From assembly GCA_951406725.2 (NCBI GenBank), contig OX597814.1:54002001-54066000 (forward strand): 64,000 nt of DNA, given 5' to 3'. Position numbers and translations under genes: made by a program. This DNA comes from Octopus vulgaris (Eukaryota). Each line of letters begins with the position of its first letter. Position 1 is the first letter of the stretch. A model generated the notes under the pieces. The model searched no databases, was not told where the DNA came from, and was given only the letters and a program-made list of their open reading frames with translations. Below are positions 1 through 12,186 of the stretch, piece by piece.

Positions 1-457
1 ACATTGTAAATTTTGGTCTTGAATTAATTCATTTTTCGAAGCGTTACTACAAACCCTCGAGGTTTTCTACCATCTCTCATACTGAATTTTTTAAAAATCA
101 AATTTGTGTATGTGTACTTGAGTAGAATTCCTCAACGTTATCTTTTGATCAAAACTTTTAAAGAATCGATTTCTGATATCTTTTAATCTCAAATAAAACG
201 AATATAAATTGAAGAGATTATTGGTTGTCTATGTCAGCAAGAAACAATAAACTACGTTGCTGGGTATCGACTAAAAGCGAACGTTTTGAATAAGATCCCT
301 TAATCGGAAAAAAGTCGCAATTCGTTTCACGTTTTTTGATTATTGTATAGTTAACCGTTATTTATTTTCTTACTATACACAAATTCACTTTTGTTGAGTA
401 GAACATTTAATCGACTGAAAGGATCTTATAATACTAATGCTAATATTTATTCCATAG

Positions 458-558
458 AGTTTCATACTTTTGGATCCGGAGGAACAAAACTTACCAGGCT
501 AAAATTGAACAGAGGTCTTGATTTAAATGCTATAAAAGAACACGTCATGGGAAACTAA
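458..558 (+). CDS. Possible terminal exon of a plus-strand gene entering from the left
   Basis: Branch-like tactaat/gctaat, ttattccatag acceptor, FHTFGSGGTKLTRLKLNRGLDLNAIKEHVMGN*, AATAAA near 684 and 834. No homology recognised. Confidence 0.3.
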
Positions 559-1039
559 ATAGACTATTTAGGTGAAGACCGCGATGACAAAGAATAGAAA
601 GAACAATTAATTATTTGAAAATTAAATGTAACCAAGGAAAATTTAGCATTGTATTACATACCAGCAATGGTATCTTACAAGTAAATAAATATAAAGACAC
701 CATGCAGTCATTAGAATACTTCCGGTAAAGGTCACATCCGGTGTTATATGTCATAGTTTATTTGTTTATTGTGAAAATTTCTACATTATTTATTGTGTGT
801 TTAAATAACAAGCAATTTTTGCGATGAAATTTGAATAAAAAATTCTAATAGCAGAACTTTTTAAAGTTGTTGATCAAATTCTTATAATGACTACAGAAAA
901 TCGACCAACGTAGATTATTCTGTTTTTGTGTTATATCAAGAGTTTATAGTCTTTTAAACAAATTTTATTTGTATCGTCTGGATGAAGGGGCTGCGTTCCC
1001 AGTCTTCTCAGACATTCTGAAACTGGTGAGATGAATGTA

Positions 1040-3950
1040 GTTAATGTTCTTCAACATTAAAGTGGGCGTAGTGATAAGTGTGAACATATGGGTGATGAGT
1101 AGAGGAGAATCTAATATGTTGAAGTGGCATGATAACAGCCAACTCTATCAGAGATAGAGGCCGCAGCGTAGAAAAGACCAGAGATAGTGTGTTGGTGAAT
1201 AACTTAAAGCCAGCCAGTGTAGTGAATCCCTACTTCAAGACGCTTTGCTTATGAAGTCTGGGATGTCTACGTGTAGAAGCAAAACAGCCCCATATGTGGG
1301 AGCAGTACTTCACTGGGTATTAAAGGGTTTTCTAGAGGGTTGGTAGTAGTTGTGAGATGTAATGTTTTATGACATTAAAGACAAAGGCCACTCTTTGAAA
1401 TACAATTTTAAGTGATGTTTGGGGTACTGTCATATTGAATTTTTTCATGTTTATAGTAATTGTTTCTTTGTGATGCTGAAGGAGACATGATTGGTGTGAC
1501 CATTTCAGAATATTTTCAAAGTTCTGCTTAAGGACTCAGCTCAAGGTTGGTATAAGGTTGCATACAGATGACACTTGGATGTGGAAGAATAAAAGTGGTA
1601 TTATCTCCAGAGATGACCTGTGAATTGATGTATGGGAAGAAGAATGTGGGGAGCAAAATTGAACCAAATTTGATAGTGTAGATCTGAGAGAATTCCATCA
1701 GTATATACCATTATAGCATACGCTCAGTGAAATTCTCTCTCTCTCTCTGTTATATATAACATAAATACAGACATAGCAGATAACAGCTAACCTTCGGCCG
1801 TTTGGACCCTGTTATGTCTACTACTCTGATTGGTTGGTATTGGCGCAATTTGTCTCTTGCTCTATTACGCGCCAAAGTGCAACCCAATCAATTGCAACCT
1901 TCTGATAAGGTCCTGTGACACAGTCTTCTAAATTCTCCGTTGGAGCCTCCTAGTTACTATAAAAGTTAGATCAACAAACCGTATTTCGTCTTTGGTTCTA
2001 GACCTTCTGAGGTCTCGCCACTGACTACAGAGCACTCAGCCAGTTCCAGCGACAACACCAACGGTAGCATTAACACTTCGTCTCGCAGCATTCTGGACCT
2101 CCACCGCTGTCACCTTCATCTTATCGATGCCAACAACATCTCTACATACACAGCAACTTCGCTCTGGTCTAACTTCACACTGTTTGTGAATACTTCACCA
2201 TGGATAACACCAAGAACTACCTGCGAGATTTTTCTGTACCAAGTAATCTGGCAGCAGCATGGTAGCCACCACTTTTCCGTACAACATGTATCGCACAGGT
2301 TCTGCTATTTTCACCTCAACTTCTTGTTACAGAACTTCAACTATGAACAGGTGTTTATCTTCATTGTGTCTGAATTACTTCTAGTGTCCTGTTATAGACT
2401 CTATCTATGCTCTGTATTTTATCTCAAACACATACACCCTTGTTTGTAAACACATACACACTATGTATGCATGACGGCCTCTCTATTGTCTATTATTATT
2501 ATTATATATGTACTTATGACGCACACACAGACACACACTCTGCTAACATCTAAATAAAACCTTTCTTTTAACATTCTATGGTTGTGTCATCTTTCTTTTC
2601 CTTCTGGCACTCATACTCATTTATCCATTTTTGCTTTTATTGTAAGTGACTGTGCGGTATATTAAAAGAGTAATTCATTCGTCGCCTCTCCTTTTGCACG
2701 GTCGTTCTACACCATAATAATTCAAGCTGATGGGAACAATCAATCCAAGAGAAATTAAAAGAGTCTCAAGATGGGTAGTTTTAGTAAGAAACTGCAAGAC
2801 TTAGCTGAAAACTTTGCTGGTGTAAAAGACCAATGACAGTGTTTTCACCAAATTTCTTGAGTACAAAGGCCTACTTGTGAGTAGCATAAGACAGTTGGTC
2901 TCTAATAGACCTAGATTTATGAAAGCAGTACTTGAGATCATTAAGGAGGAAGAAGATTTCAAGGTGTTGGAGAAGATAATTGTTTACATCAACTTTGAGA
3001 AAGTGTGTGCTAGGAAACAGTAAGGTCAGAGGACTTGACCATTTTGGGATTGTAACAAACTGTAGCATGTTTCCAAAGATTGGGGTATACCCCTACAGAG
3101 ACAGAAAGGAAAATAGAGAGCTTGAAGTGCTTTTTGAAATGGAGGCTATCTCAGGTGTGCATTGTTAGAAAGTATCAGAAGCTACTAAAAAAATTGACTG
3201 TGCAGTCAAAGAAGGCACACTTCACATTTTGGATGATAACCTTGTCTTGCAAGAGTTGCAAAGCTAGGTAAAAGCCATTTACTTTGTAGTGGGGTTGAAG
3301 GACTTTTGTTTTATCTCAGTTTCTGTAGCATGGCTACATATGAGCCACTTGAAAAATTGGAGCTATGAAATTAGGCTTTGTAGGGGACATAGCTGAGAAA
3401 ATAGTTTCAGTGACCTACCTAGTTGTTTCAAGCTGGTGGTCATTAAGGAGGAACTTTTGGAGAAAGTGTTATTAATGGCTATCTCCATTACTTTTATGAT
3501 TTTGGAAGTATGACAAGTGACAGTTGGTGAGATCTGAAGGATTGCCTTTCTTGGAAATGAGATACCATGTAGCAAGTTTAGAAGGAATCTTACTAGTTCA
3601 GAAGAAGAGGCCATTGTAGTTGTGGCAGAGATGCAAAAAGTAAGAACTAATTGGACATGAGCCTGTAACGGACATATGTGTGTGTACATTGGAGATACTA
3701 AATGTAGTTAAGGGTCACTATATGTAAGATGGTCAGTAGCAGGATGAAACAGCATAATAACAACATCGAAGAAGGAAGGAATAATATTCACAAATTTATT
3801 TGCCAGCAGTGGTTAATAAAATATACATAATAGTAACTGAGAATAGTAATGATGCGTTAGTGGCTCACTAGTAGTTGGAAGGGTGTAAGCTGCGCATTCT
3901 GCTAACAGAGAAAAAGAAAGGGCAAGGATTACAAAGTCCCTTTTGATTTG
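1040..3950 (-). mobile_element. Highly decayed LINE (CR1/L2-like), interrupted by an LTR-like insertion
   Basis: Minus-strand remnants: EYCSHIWG (~1285-1310), ENILKWS (~1500), and an APE-like FNPHY..W (~3290); many stops. Confidence 0.55.
1748..2711 (+). mobile_element. Solo-LTR-like insertion
   Basis: Begins TGT and ends ACA, with internal TATAAAA (~1957) and AATAAA (~2553); splits the LINE remnant. No TSD seen. Confidence 0.35.
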
Positions 3951-4029
3951 GCTGTGCTGCCTATTAGTGAGAGAGAGAGAGATGATCTCAGTTGGACTGA
4001 CTCTTTCGTTACCAGCAAAATATAAAAAA

Positions 4030-4650
4030 TCTGATTTTTCAGATATTTTATATATGCTAGGCTACTGGTTTTAAGTTGATATTAATTAAATTAATATTCA
4101 ATTTATCTCCCTCATTATTTCAATTCTAAAATAATTATGTTCTCTAATCAGCAACATTAACTACAGTAAATTATCTACTGCAGAACTGTTTCTGGAATTT
4201 AGCACGCCAGAACTTAGACATTTGAAAATAACTCCAATGTAAATGGTAGAACTAAGCACATGTATAGTTTTATATGGACAACGGGTGTTTGGTTTTGCAA
4301 ATTATATTGAATTGGAATGATCATACTGACGAGTCTGCAGACGAAAGATTACATAATTTATTCAGTAATAGATGAAACCGGTATATGATTGATTCTTGAT
4401 TTTTATTTAATTTTCATCTGTCTTGCCCGCTTATGTTCTGGTGTTCGCTGAATTTTCTCTGGAGAACATTCTTTCTTTGTAGTTAGATTGTATGTGATCT
4501 TCTAGCGTATTGGTTATCCACCTAGTGGTTTATCCCTAAATATACACGTATATTGAAATTTTTTCTGATTTTTCAGATATTTTATATATGCTAGGTTACT
4601 GGTTTTAAATTGATATTAATTAAATTAATATTCAATTTATCTCCCTCATT
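4030..4650 (+). mobile_element. Penelope-like/retrozyme-like unit: 534-bp period, ~87-bp terminal direct repeat, internal hammerhead motif
   Basis: 4030-4116 is repeated at 4564-4650, followed by (AT)n; hammerhead core at 4319-4390. Confidence 0.55.
4319..4390 (+). ncRNA. Minimal type I hammerhead ribozyme-like motif
   Basis: TCATA-CTGACGA-GTCT..AGAT-GAAA-CCGG-TA-TATGA: helix I TCATA/TATGA, CUGANGA and GAAA cores, palindromic helix III (ACCGGT), GUA cleavage triplet. Confidence 0.55.
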
Positions 4651-4769
4651 ATATATATATAATGCTAAATTAAAAAGAAACAGCAACAACACATCAGTAT
4701 ATCAACAATAATAGCAATAAGGAAGAATAGAACAGTACAAAGTAAACTTTTAAAATCTTTCATTCAAAT

Positions 4770-4775
4770 TTTATT
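4770..4775 (-). promoter_or_regulatory. Polyadenylation signal AATAAA of the DUF1330-like gene
   Basis: tttatt on +, about 155 nt after the stop codon, followed by U/GU-rich sequence on the minus strand. Confidence 0.55.
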
Positions 4776-4928
4776 TTAGCTGACTTTTTACAGTTCTAGC
4801 TCTAAGTCGCAAATAAACAGACAGGAGCAACAGTTTTTCAATTGGAACAACATCGAGGAAGAATTCTCAGAAACTCAAGCAGCATGGAAGCAACTAATGA
4901 ACAACTTGAAGCATCACATTAGTAAAAC

Positions 4929-5029
4929 CTAACCCTTAGTAAACAAAGGAGGGTCATTGATAAGGGTGAACATAATCACATTTGAATGGTACAAGCTTTT
5001 TCTGACATCAATTAAGTTTTGGTATTCAT
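4929..5029 (-). CDS. Tandem DUF1330-like gene, terminal coding exon
   Basis: ttttcag|(D)EYQNLIDVRKSLYHSNVIMFTLINDPPLFTKG*. Splicing produces FYRSDEYQ, equivalent to the DUF1330 FY.SPEYQ motif. Confidence 0.85.
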
Positions 5030-5059
5030 CTGAAAAAGAAAATTAAGAAAAATAGAGTA

Positions 5060-5104
5060 TATATTCATACACATACAAACATATGTGTGTATACATACTT
5101 ACAA

Positions 5105-5150
<46 letters not shown>

Positions 5151-5221
5151 GTGTGTGTATACATATATATATGTATATATGTATGTATGTATGAATGTAT
5201 GTATGTACGTATGTATATATG

Positions 5222-5252
<31 letters not shown>

Positions 5253-5335
5253 ATATATATATATGCATATATATATGTATAGATATATATGCATATATGT
5301 ATATATACATATGTATATATATATATGTATATATA
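5060..5335. repeat. (TA/TG)n compound microsatellite
   Basis: Direct inspection. Confidence 0.95.
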
Positions 5336-5845
5336 CTAATGGCAGCGGAAGGTGCGGTTTATGCGACATGGAGAGATGGCTTATCTGGAAAAGCAGCTTA
5401 GACCCTACCACATGTCTAAATACAAGGACAGAGCTTTTCGGATCATGCCCACATGTGACTAAATTTCTGTTACGTTTTTGGTCCCCTAAAGAAAACGGAT
5501 AGAACATGCTTTCTGTGTTATGTCCCAAGAAGATTTTATATATTTTTATATATTTTTTATGTATTTTTATATAATTTTTATGACGAAAAATGTGAGCGAT
5601 GTATAAGTACGCAGGCAAAGCAGAGTTATAACAGAGTAATTTCCCTTCATTTTTAACGGTATTTTTTCATAACGTTTTCAAATAGCCAGATAGCCGAAGA
5701 GATGGTGTTGTGGATTTCCACTTCGGCATCTGAAACTCAGAGTTTTATTTTGACTACCAAGTAATGTAACATATTGTATAGATAAATTTTCTCTATTTAC
5801 ATAATATTGAGGTCTCTTTCTTTCTTTTGTTATCTTACCGTTTTA
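5333..5845 (+). mobile_element. Penelope-like element 3' fragment (GIY-YIG C-terminus plus UTR) between (TA)n tracts
   Basis: [47 protein letters not shown] matches the PLE C-terminal pattern C.LC..E...I......LN.R.EL...C.H..K.LL; degenerate CCGAAGA..GAAAC motif at ~5693-5740. Confidence 0.75.
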
Positions 5846-5888
5846 TCAATATATGTATATATATGTATATATATATTTGTATATATAC

Positions 5889-5919
<31 letters not shown>

Positions 5920-6789
5920 CTAACTCAAAAGCCAACCCATAGGGTGGCTTTTAAGCTCACTCCTGTGGAGGGCTCTTCATTAGGCCTTGGGCCCAACAAT
6001 GACATTTCATGCATTGAGTACATATTAAATTTTATTAAACTTGAACAATATTTTGCAAGCAGTGAACAATTTTCATCAAAACAATGATATAATTGTCAAT
6101 TTGGAATGTATTGCAAAGCTGCATGATAAACAACAGCACCATCCACCATCGTCACCACATTTGCCATATACACACCTTTCAGACTTCTAACACCACCACC
6201 ATCAGTACCTTTGACTTCGCAACCTTCCCCTCCACCACCATCTTTCACATCGCTTGCTCTTACTCTCATCCCTGACCACCACCATCACCACCACCACCAT
6301 CATCACTGCTGCCTCCACCTTTATCACAACTACAGCTCATAATATTACTATCACCCCATTACCATCACAAAGAGGCTAAATGTGTGTAAAAGAATTTAGT
6401 GTTCAAAGTTGGGAATAAAAACAGGACAGTGGAGACATACGAGGAAACCAAACAAAAACAAACATGGAGGGTTGTTAGACCAGAATGAGGGTAAAATACT
6501 GAATGCTGGAGAAATATTTTATTTGACAAGAGAAAAGATAGAAAAGTGAGATAGGATATGTCTAGTCCTTAGAACAGTCCTGAAAGAAATGAAAGATGAT
6601 CACGTGAGGAAAAGAAAGATGGACAACGGTCACATGTGAACAACAAGAGATTGAACAGGAGAAAGAGAGGGAGATGGAGAGAGAGACAGATAGAAAACAA
6701 TGAAGGGGAGAAAAAAGGGAATTAGAGAAAGAATGCGAGAGAAAACAGTATAGAGTAGAGTCGCATCAAAAAGATTAAGACAAACTTAC

Positions 6790-7070
6790 TTGGAAAGCTA
6801 CACAAATTCCATAACAGGTTGCCATTGCACAGTGCGAAATATCCCAACAATGCTGTCATGCTTCAGGACCAGTTACTACAAAAGCCTAGGTTTCAGGGGC
6901 CCACATCTTTTTAATATTCTCCCAAAGAGCCTAAGGGACCTACACAAGGTGGATGTAGGTGTTTTCAAAACAAAACTGGGATCTCTTCTTGTTGAGAGTC
7001 CCAGATAAACCTACCTTGCAACAGGAGGCGCAAATGAGAGCAGCGACATCAAACTCCCCACATGACCAGA
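6790..7070 (+). mobile_element. LINE ORF2 C-terminal remnant
   Basis: SLGFRGPHLFNILPKSLRDLHKVDVGVFKTKL..VPDKP, a typical post-RT LINE C-terminus, with a frameshift. Confidence 0.65.
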
Positions 7071-7654
7071 GGGAAGCCATCTTTCCAACTGCTATCTTCA
7101 CCGAGTCAAGACGGCTTATCCTGTCCCTCTCAAGCTGTCTCCTTAATGCTTTCAAAATAATTTTTCCATTGTCTTAGCTTAACAGCCCTCATCATTTGTT
7201 TTTACTGTGTTATTCTCTTTGTTCTGTCTTTTACTGTTTTTACTGACTTGTTTTGTTCTTACTGTCCTGTTCTTGTTACCACTTTTACCTCTCCGCAAAA
7301 AATCCCAAATTTTATTTAATTTGCTTTGCGGGAAGGACTGTTTCAATGAAATCGCGTCTTGTCCTTACCTTCGAAACGCAGAGTAGATGAAACAGGGACA
7401 ACTGAAGAAGGGGAATATTCCTTGTGTTGTATGTCTTCTACTCTGTTTTTTCGTTGTTTGAAAAAAGTTTGTTTCCATGTTTTTGTTTTTATGTTTTCGT
7501 TTCTCCTTGTGTTCAACGTTTTTTTGATGTCCTGTACCCATATATGCATGTATATATACATATATGTATGTATATATGCATATATTTATATATTATTTAT
7601 ATTATTATATGATCGAACGCCACACATCCTTTTCCAAGTAAGTTTTATCTCTCC

Positions 7655-7689
<35 letters not shown>

Positions 7690-7789
7690 GCAGAAAACAC
7701 TTGCCCAAAGTTCCACAAGGTGGAACTGAACCCAGAACCATGTGATTGGGAAGCAAACGTCTTACCGCTTAAGTTAATCAGGAAGATGT

Positions 7790-8010
7790 TATATAACTAA
7801 CAAGGGAAAAGGAGACTCTGTAGATAGAAGTAGTCACAGAGGTATCATAGCATCATATTGTTGGACCAGGTGATGAAAGTTACAGAAAGAGTTATAGACC
7901 AATGAATTAGAGAGACAATTATGTTAGATGAGATGTAGTTTGGTTTTGTGCTAGGGAAAAGTACCATTGATACCCTCTTTCTGATGATATAAGAAACTAC
8001 CAGTGGAAGA
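7790..8010 (+). mobile_element. RTE LINE reverse-transcriptase fragment
   Basis: KGKGD...RGI.LLDQVMKVTERV...FGFVLGKSTIDTLF, with stops. Confidence 0.7.
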
Positions 8011-8180
8011 GAAAAGTTAAGAAAGACATGAGATGAAGAGGCAAGGTAAGATATCAAGATGGTTGACCTCAAAAAGAAGGTAACAAAAGATTGAGATGAG
8101 TGCTAATGTGTTGTAAGTTAAATGATAAACAACAATACTATTGCTAAGAATGACAGCTACTAGATAAGAAATTTACTTAC

Positions 8181-8423
8181 CACTTCGGTAAAAATCATTA
8201 AAGTGACTGTCTGACTTGAACTGGTGGATTACTATAGTTTTGCCCTGGATATCCCAGGTAGTTTGTCTAAACTGATGAATGTCATTAGAGGCAACAACAC
8301 CATGAGCAACTTCAAACTTATCCATAATGGCTGCCGCAGGCCTGACATACTCTTTCTCAAACTTGGTAATTAATTCATCTGGAAACTGTACTTCAACTTC
8401 CATTAGCATAAATGTGGTATAAG
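8181..8423 (-). CDS. Tandem DUF1330-like gene, coding exon 5 (domain 2)
   Basis: AYTTFMLMEVEV...EYVRPAAAIMDKF...TIVIHQFKSDSHFNDFYRS. tag acceptor, gtaagt donor, 243 nt, phase 1 to 1. Confidence 0.88.
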
Positions 8424-10623
8424 CTAGTAAAGAACACAAATGGGAAAGAAACAAAATAGAAAAATATAATCTTCATATAAATCATAGGTCTGCATACATG
8501 TGTGGCTATATGAATGTAATATTTGTATATATGCATTATCATTCAATTACGGTAGTAGTTGAATAATATTCTTAAGGCTGCATTTTACTCACATGCAACA
8601 TCTTTCAGACTTTGTTGCTAATTCAGTTCTTAACCAAATTGAAAACTGTTAACATTTTTGAAGAGGACAGATCACTAGCTACATTTTGGCATTAAAAAAT
8701 TGAGATTTGGCCCAGTAGAAAAAAGTTTACCCCAAAATTTGTAGCAACGTTACATACTCATAAATCTTTCACATTCTTAATTTCATTGACAATTAATCTA
8801 CTTTCATATTGGGATTCTTAATACTACAGCTTTCCAATGAATGGTGGTGTTGGTGTTTGGGGGGTGGAGGAATTACTTGCTTTTATAAATAACTTCATAC
8901 TAATTTTTGTTTTAAACAACCTAAATTATTCAATAAAATATAGCCACTTGTGACTGTGTCTCCACATGCAGTACTGAATCCTGTAGTAGGGCTGTTCAGA
9001 AAAGGCACAATTTTAAGTCATTATATTTTGTACTACTTTTAATTTTAATTTTAAATTTATTACCAATGAAGTTATCTATATGCTTTAATAAATTATATGT
9101 CACTAACCACTGTCAAATTAAATTTATTACATAACACAAGTGTTTATTTTTAATTTCAGTTAGCAACAATTATTATTTTCATCAACTCAAGATCTACGAG
9201 ACTGAAGGTGAACCTGGTCACTGAAAATTTTGGGGTCTTGCAATTTGTTATCGTTTGGTGAGCCATGTTGCAAATGATTATATTGTTGTTATGAAATCAA
9301 TAAATTTTTGCTTATAAAAATGCATATAATTTATTAATAATTGCAAGAAAATAAATTAGCATAAAAGAATAACTTTATTTTATCTTTATTTTCTTTAAAA
9401 TTCCAAATTCACTTGACAGAATATAGACGCTTCTGGGTGTGTCTCTATGGGTAGTACTAAAGTCATGTAGTAAGGCTATTCAGAAAAGGTATTGCTCAAA
9501 AGTGCTTATATTCTACAACTTATTTTTTACTTTTAATATTTAATTAATAAAGTTATTTTTAATATGCTATTACACTTAAGTAAGTTTAACTTTTATCATT
9601 AATTTTCACTTTCAGCCTTACATGCTTTCTGCTTTTTTTGATAATTCCTTTTTAGTTGCTTTCCTTTTTCATTTTTGTTAATTATTTAATCAGGCTAGTT
9701 CAGGCTAGTATTATATGCTTCAGATATACACATCTAATTTTATTAGGGAAAGAATAGTCTCTATAGGCAGACCTGGAGGCAGAAAAGGTGTTGTTATAAA
9801 GTGATTATATTCTAAACTTATTATTTAATACTGAAATTAATTTAAAGGGATTCTCAATTTTTGTATTATGGGAATGTAGGTAGTTTTCACTTGTGTATAT
9901 CTGATATGCTTTCATAATTACTGTTGCATTGAATCATTATTGATAGATCTAGATTAGCAGTAGTCATTGCTATTATCACCAACTCAAAATCTAGGTTGCT
10001 TAAGGTGAGCCTGGAAACTGATGGTTTTGGGGTCTTGTTGTTTGTAACTGATTAGTGAACCATGGTGCAATCTTCAAGATGGTAAAATTCTCTGCCATTA
10101 ATTTGGTGTGTATGGGTAATATCAGTAGCTGTTGCTCTTTGAAAGTTTATCAAATTCAGTTTTCAATTAGGTAAAATCTTAAATTATTAACTGACACATT
10201 ATTAATTAACATAATAGTATAGCCTGGAAAAAAAACATGAATCACATGGAAAAATGCAAGCAAGAGAAATAATATTCTTAAGATTATAAACCTGGAAAAG
10301 TACAGGACAGGTTATTACGCTTGGAAAAGTTCAGGACAAGTTAATACATCTGGTAAAGTACAGAACAAGAAAAGTTTTACTTAAAATATTACAGCTAAGA
10401 ATAAAATTTGAATATTAAAAATCCTTTGATTTTAATTTACAAAGTAACATTATAATTAAAAAAGGTACCATCATTTTGGTAAACTATTGATGCACTATTG
10501 ATGAGGTGGGGTGGGATGAGGTGAGGGGGAGGGAGAGGCGGCAATGGTGAGAGGTAACTCACCTTCAAAAATAAAGAAATGTAATTTATTCAGAACTGAA
10601 TCAAAATTCAAAAAATATCTCAC

Positions 10624-10792
10624 CCAAATCAGGAATATATTGTAAAGGGACAACATATGCTTCATATTCCATATCCTGTTGTTTAAATATTCGATCACTG
10701 TTAATCCAACGTATTGCTTGCTCAAGGCTTAGGAAGCAGAGTATAACAATACAGTGGTTATTTGGCCATTCAGAATTCTCCAAGTTCGTAAT
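10624..10792 (-). CDS. Tandem DUF1330-like gene, coding exon 4 (domain 1, C-terminal half)
   Basis: (ttc)n-ag|ITNLENSEWPNNHCIVILCFLSLEQAIRWINSD...IPDL|gtgaga resembles DUF1330 LEG.W...VVIEFPS.E.A..W.NS. 169 nt, phase 0 to 1. Confidence 0.85.
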
Positions 10793-10794
10793 CT

Positions 10795-10982
10795 GAAGAA
10801 GAAGAAGAAGAAGAAGAAGAAGAAGAAGAAGAAGAAGAAGAAGAAGAAGAAGAAGAAGAAGAAGAAGAAGAAGAAGAAGAAGAAGAAGAAGAAGAAGAAG
10901 AAGAAGAAGAAGAAGAAGAAGAAGAAGAAGAAGAAGAAGAAGAAGAAGAAGAAGAAGAAGAAGAAGAAGAAGAAGAAGAAGA
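10795..10982. repeat. Pure (GAA)62 / (TTC)62 triplet repeat
   Basis: Uninterrupted, directly adjoining the exon acceptor at 10793-10795. Confidence 0.97.
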
Positions 10983-11207
10983 TATTAGGAGAATGTGAAT
11001 AGTATTCAATTGATAATGATATTTTTTTTCTTGTAAAATAATATTGATTTCTTACTTGAAAGTAAGAAAGATTTGAACTCAGACCATAGAAGATCACTGC
11101 TAGATACAATAAAGTGTTTCTGCCACTTTACTTTCCTAATATTCTTTCTAAGTTTTGGTACAAGGCCAGCATTTTAAGAGAAGTCAATTACATTAACCAC
11201 AATGCTC

Positions 11208-12186
11208 AAAATCCCTATGTGTTGCAGCTCTACTGTTTCAAACATAGAGTAAACAGGAAGGAAACTAGCCCCAACTTTCCAAGCTGCCATGGAGTCACTG
11301 CAAACATTTATCATTTTCATTAGATTCGCCTCTATCTTCAACTAGTTGTACTACTTCCAGGACTTAATATTATAGAGTAGACAAGCAGCCATCACAAACT
11401 TTAGTTACTTATTTTTAACAACCTAGAAAGGATAAAAGTCAAAGTCAACCTTAGTAATATTTGAACTCAGAACATAAAGAGTCAAAACAAATGTTTCTAA
11501 GCACTTTATCCAGCACCTAACATTTCTACCGATTATCCTCTTTTACTCTTTTACTTCCTTAATATTAAAAAAAAAAAAAAAAAGAATTAATATCTCATAA
11601 TCTAAGAAGATACTGAGGCAAATGAACAATTTGTTTTCATGTGGAGATCAAAAGAGTGTTTACAGAAGTAGTGCGCTATTTTCACTGACAAGCACTTTGA
11701 ATCCAGCTCTGTGAGTTAACGAAACACTATCTTATATGTTAATGAACTGAGCTTCTCCACATGTCTCAGAATAGGAACCATTAATATTTTGGTTAGTAAA
11801 CAGAACCATGTCAACTCAATCAACTTCAATATAAATGGAGACTTAGTTAAATAAAATCAATCCTTTCACAAAATGACCCATACAGTCAATATTTAGCAGA
11901 GTATATTACAGGTAACTTTACTAAGACCCCTGTACTCATTCAAGCACAGCAGAAACAACAGACACTTATAGGTTCTCTTGGCAAGTAAAAATCCCTATGT
12001 GTTGTAGCTCTATTATTCCATACAGAGTAAACAAGAGAGAAACTAGCCTCAATCTTCCAAGTTGCCACAGTGTTACTGTCAATATTTATCATTTTCACCA
12101 GCTTCACTTCTATCTTCAACTAGTACTTCTACTTCCAGGACAATATTGTAGAGTAAACAAGCAGGCCGTCACAATCTTTAGTTACC
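11208..12186. repeat. Diverged ~200-bp direct duplication (11208-11408 / 11988-12186)
   Basis: aaaatccctatgtgttg...ctttagttac occurs twice, 780 bp apart. Confidence 0.8.

Noticed and set aside
10729-11109. Poly-F, poly-K and poly-S ORFs
   Set aside because: Frames of the intronic (GAA)n repeat.
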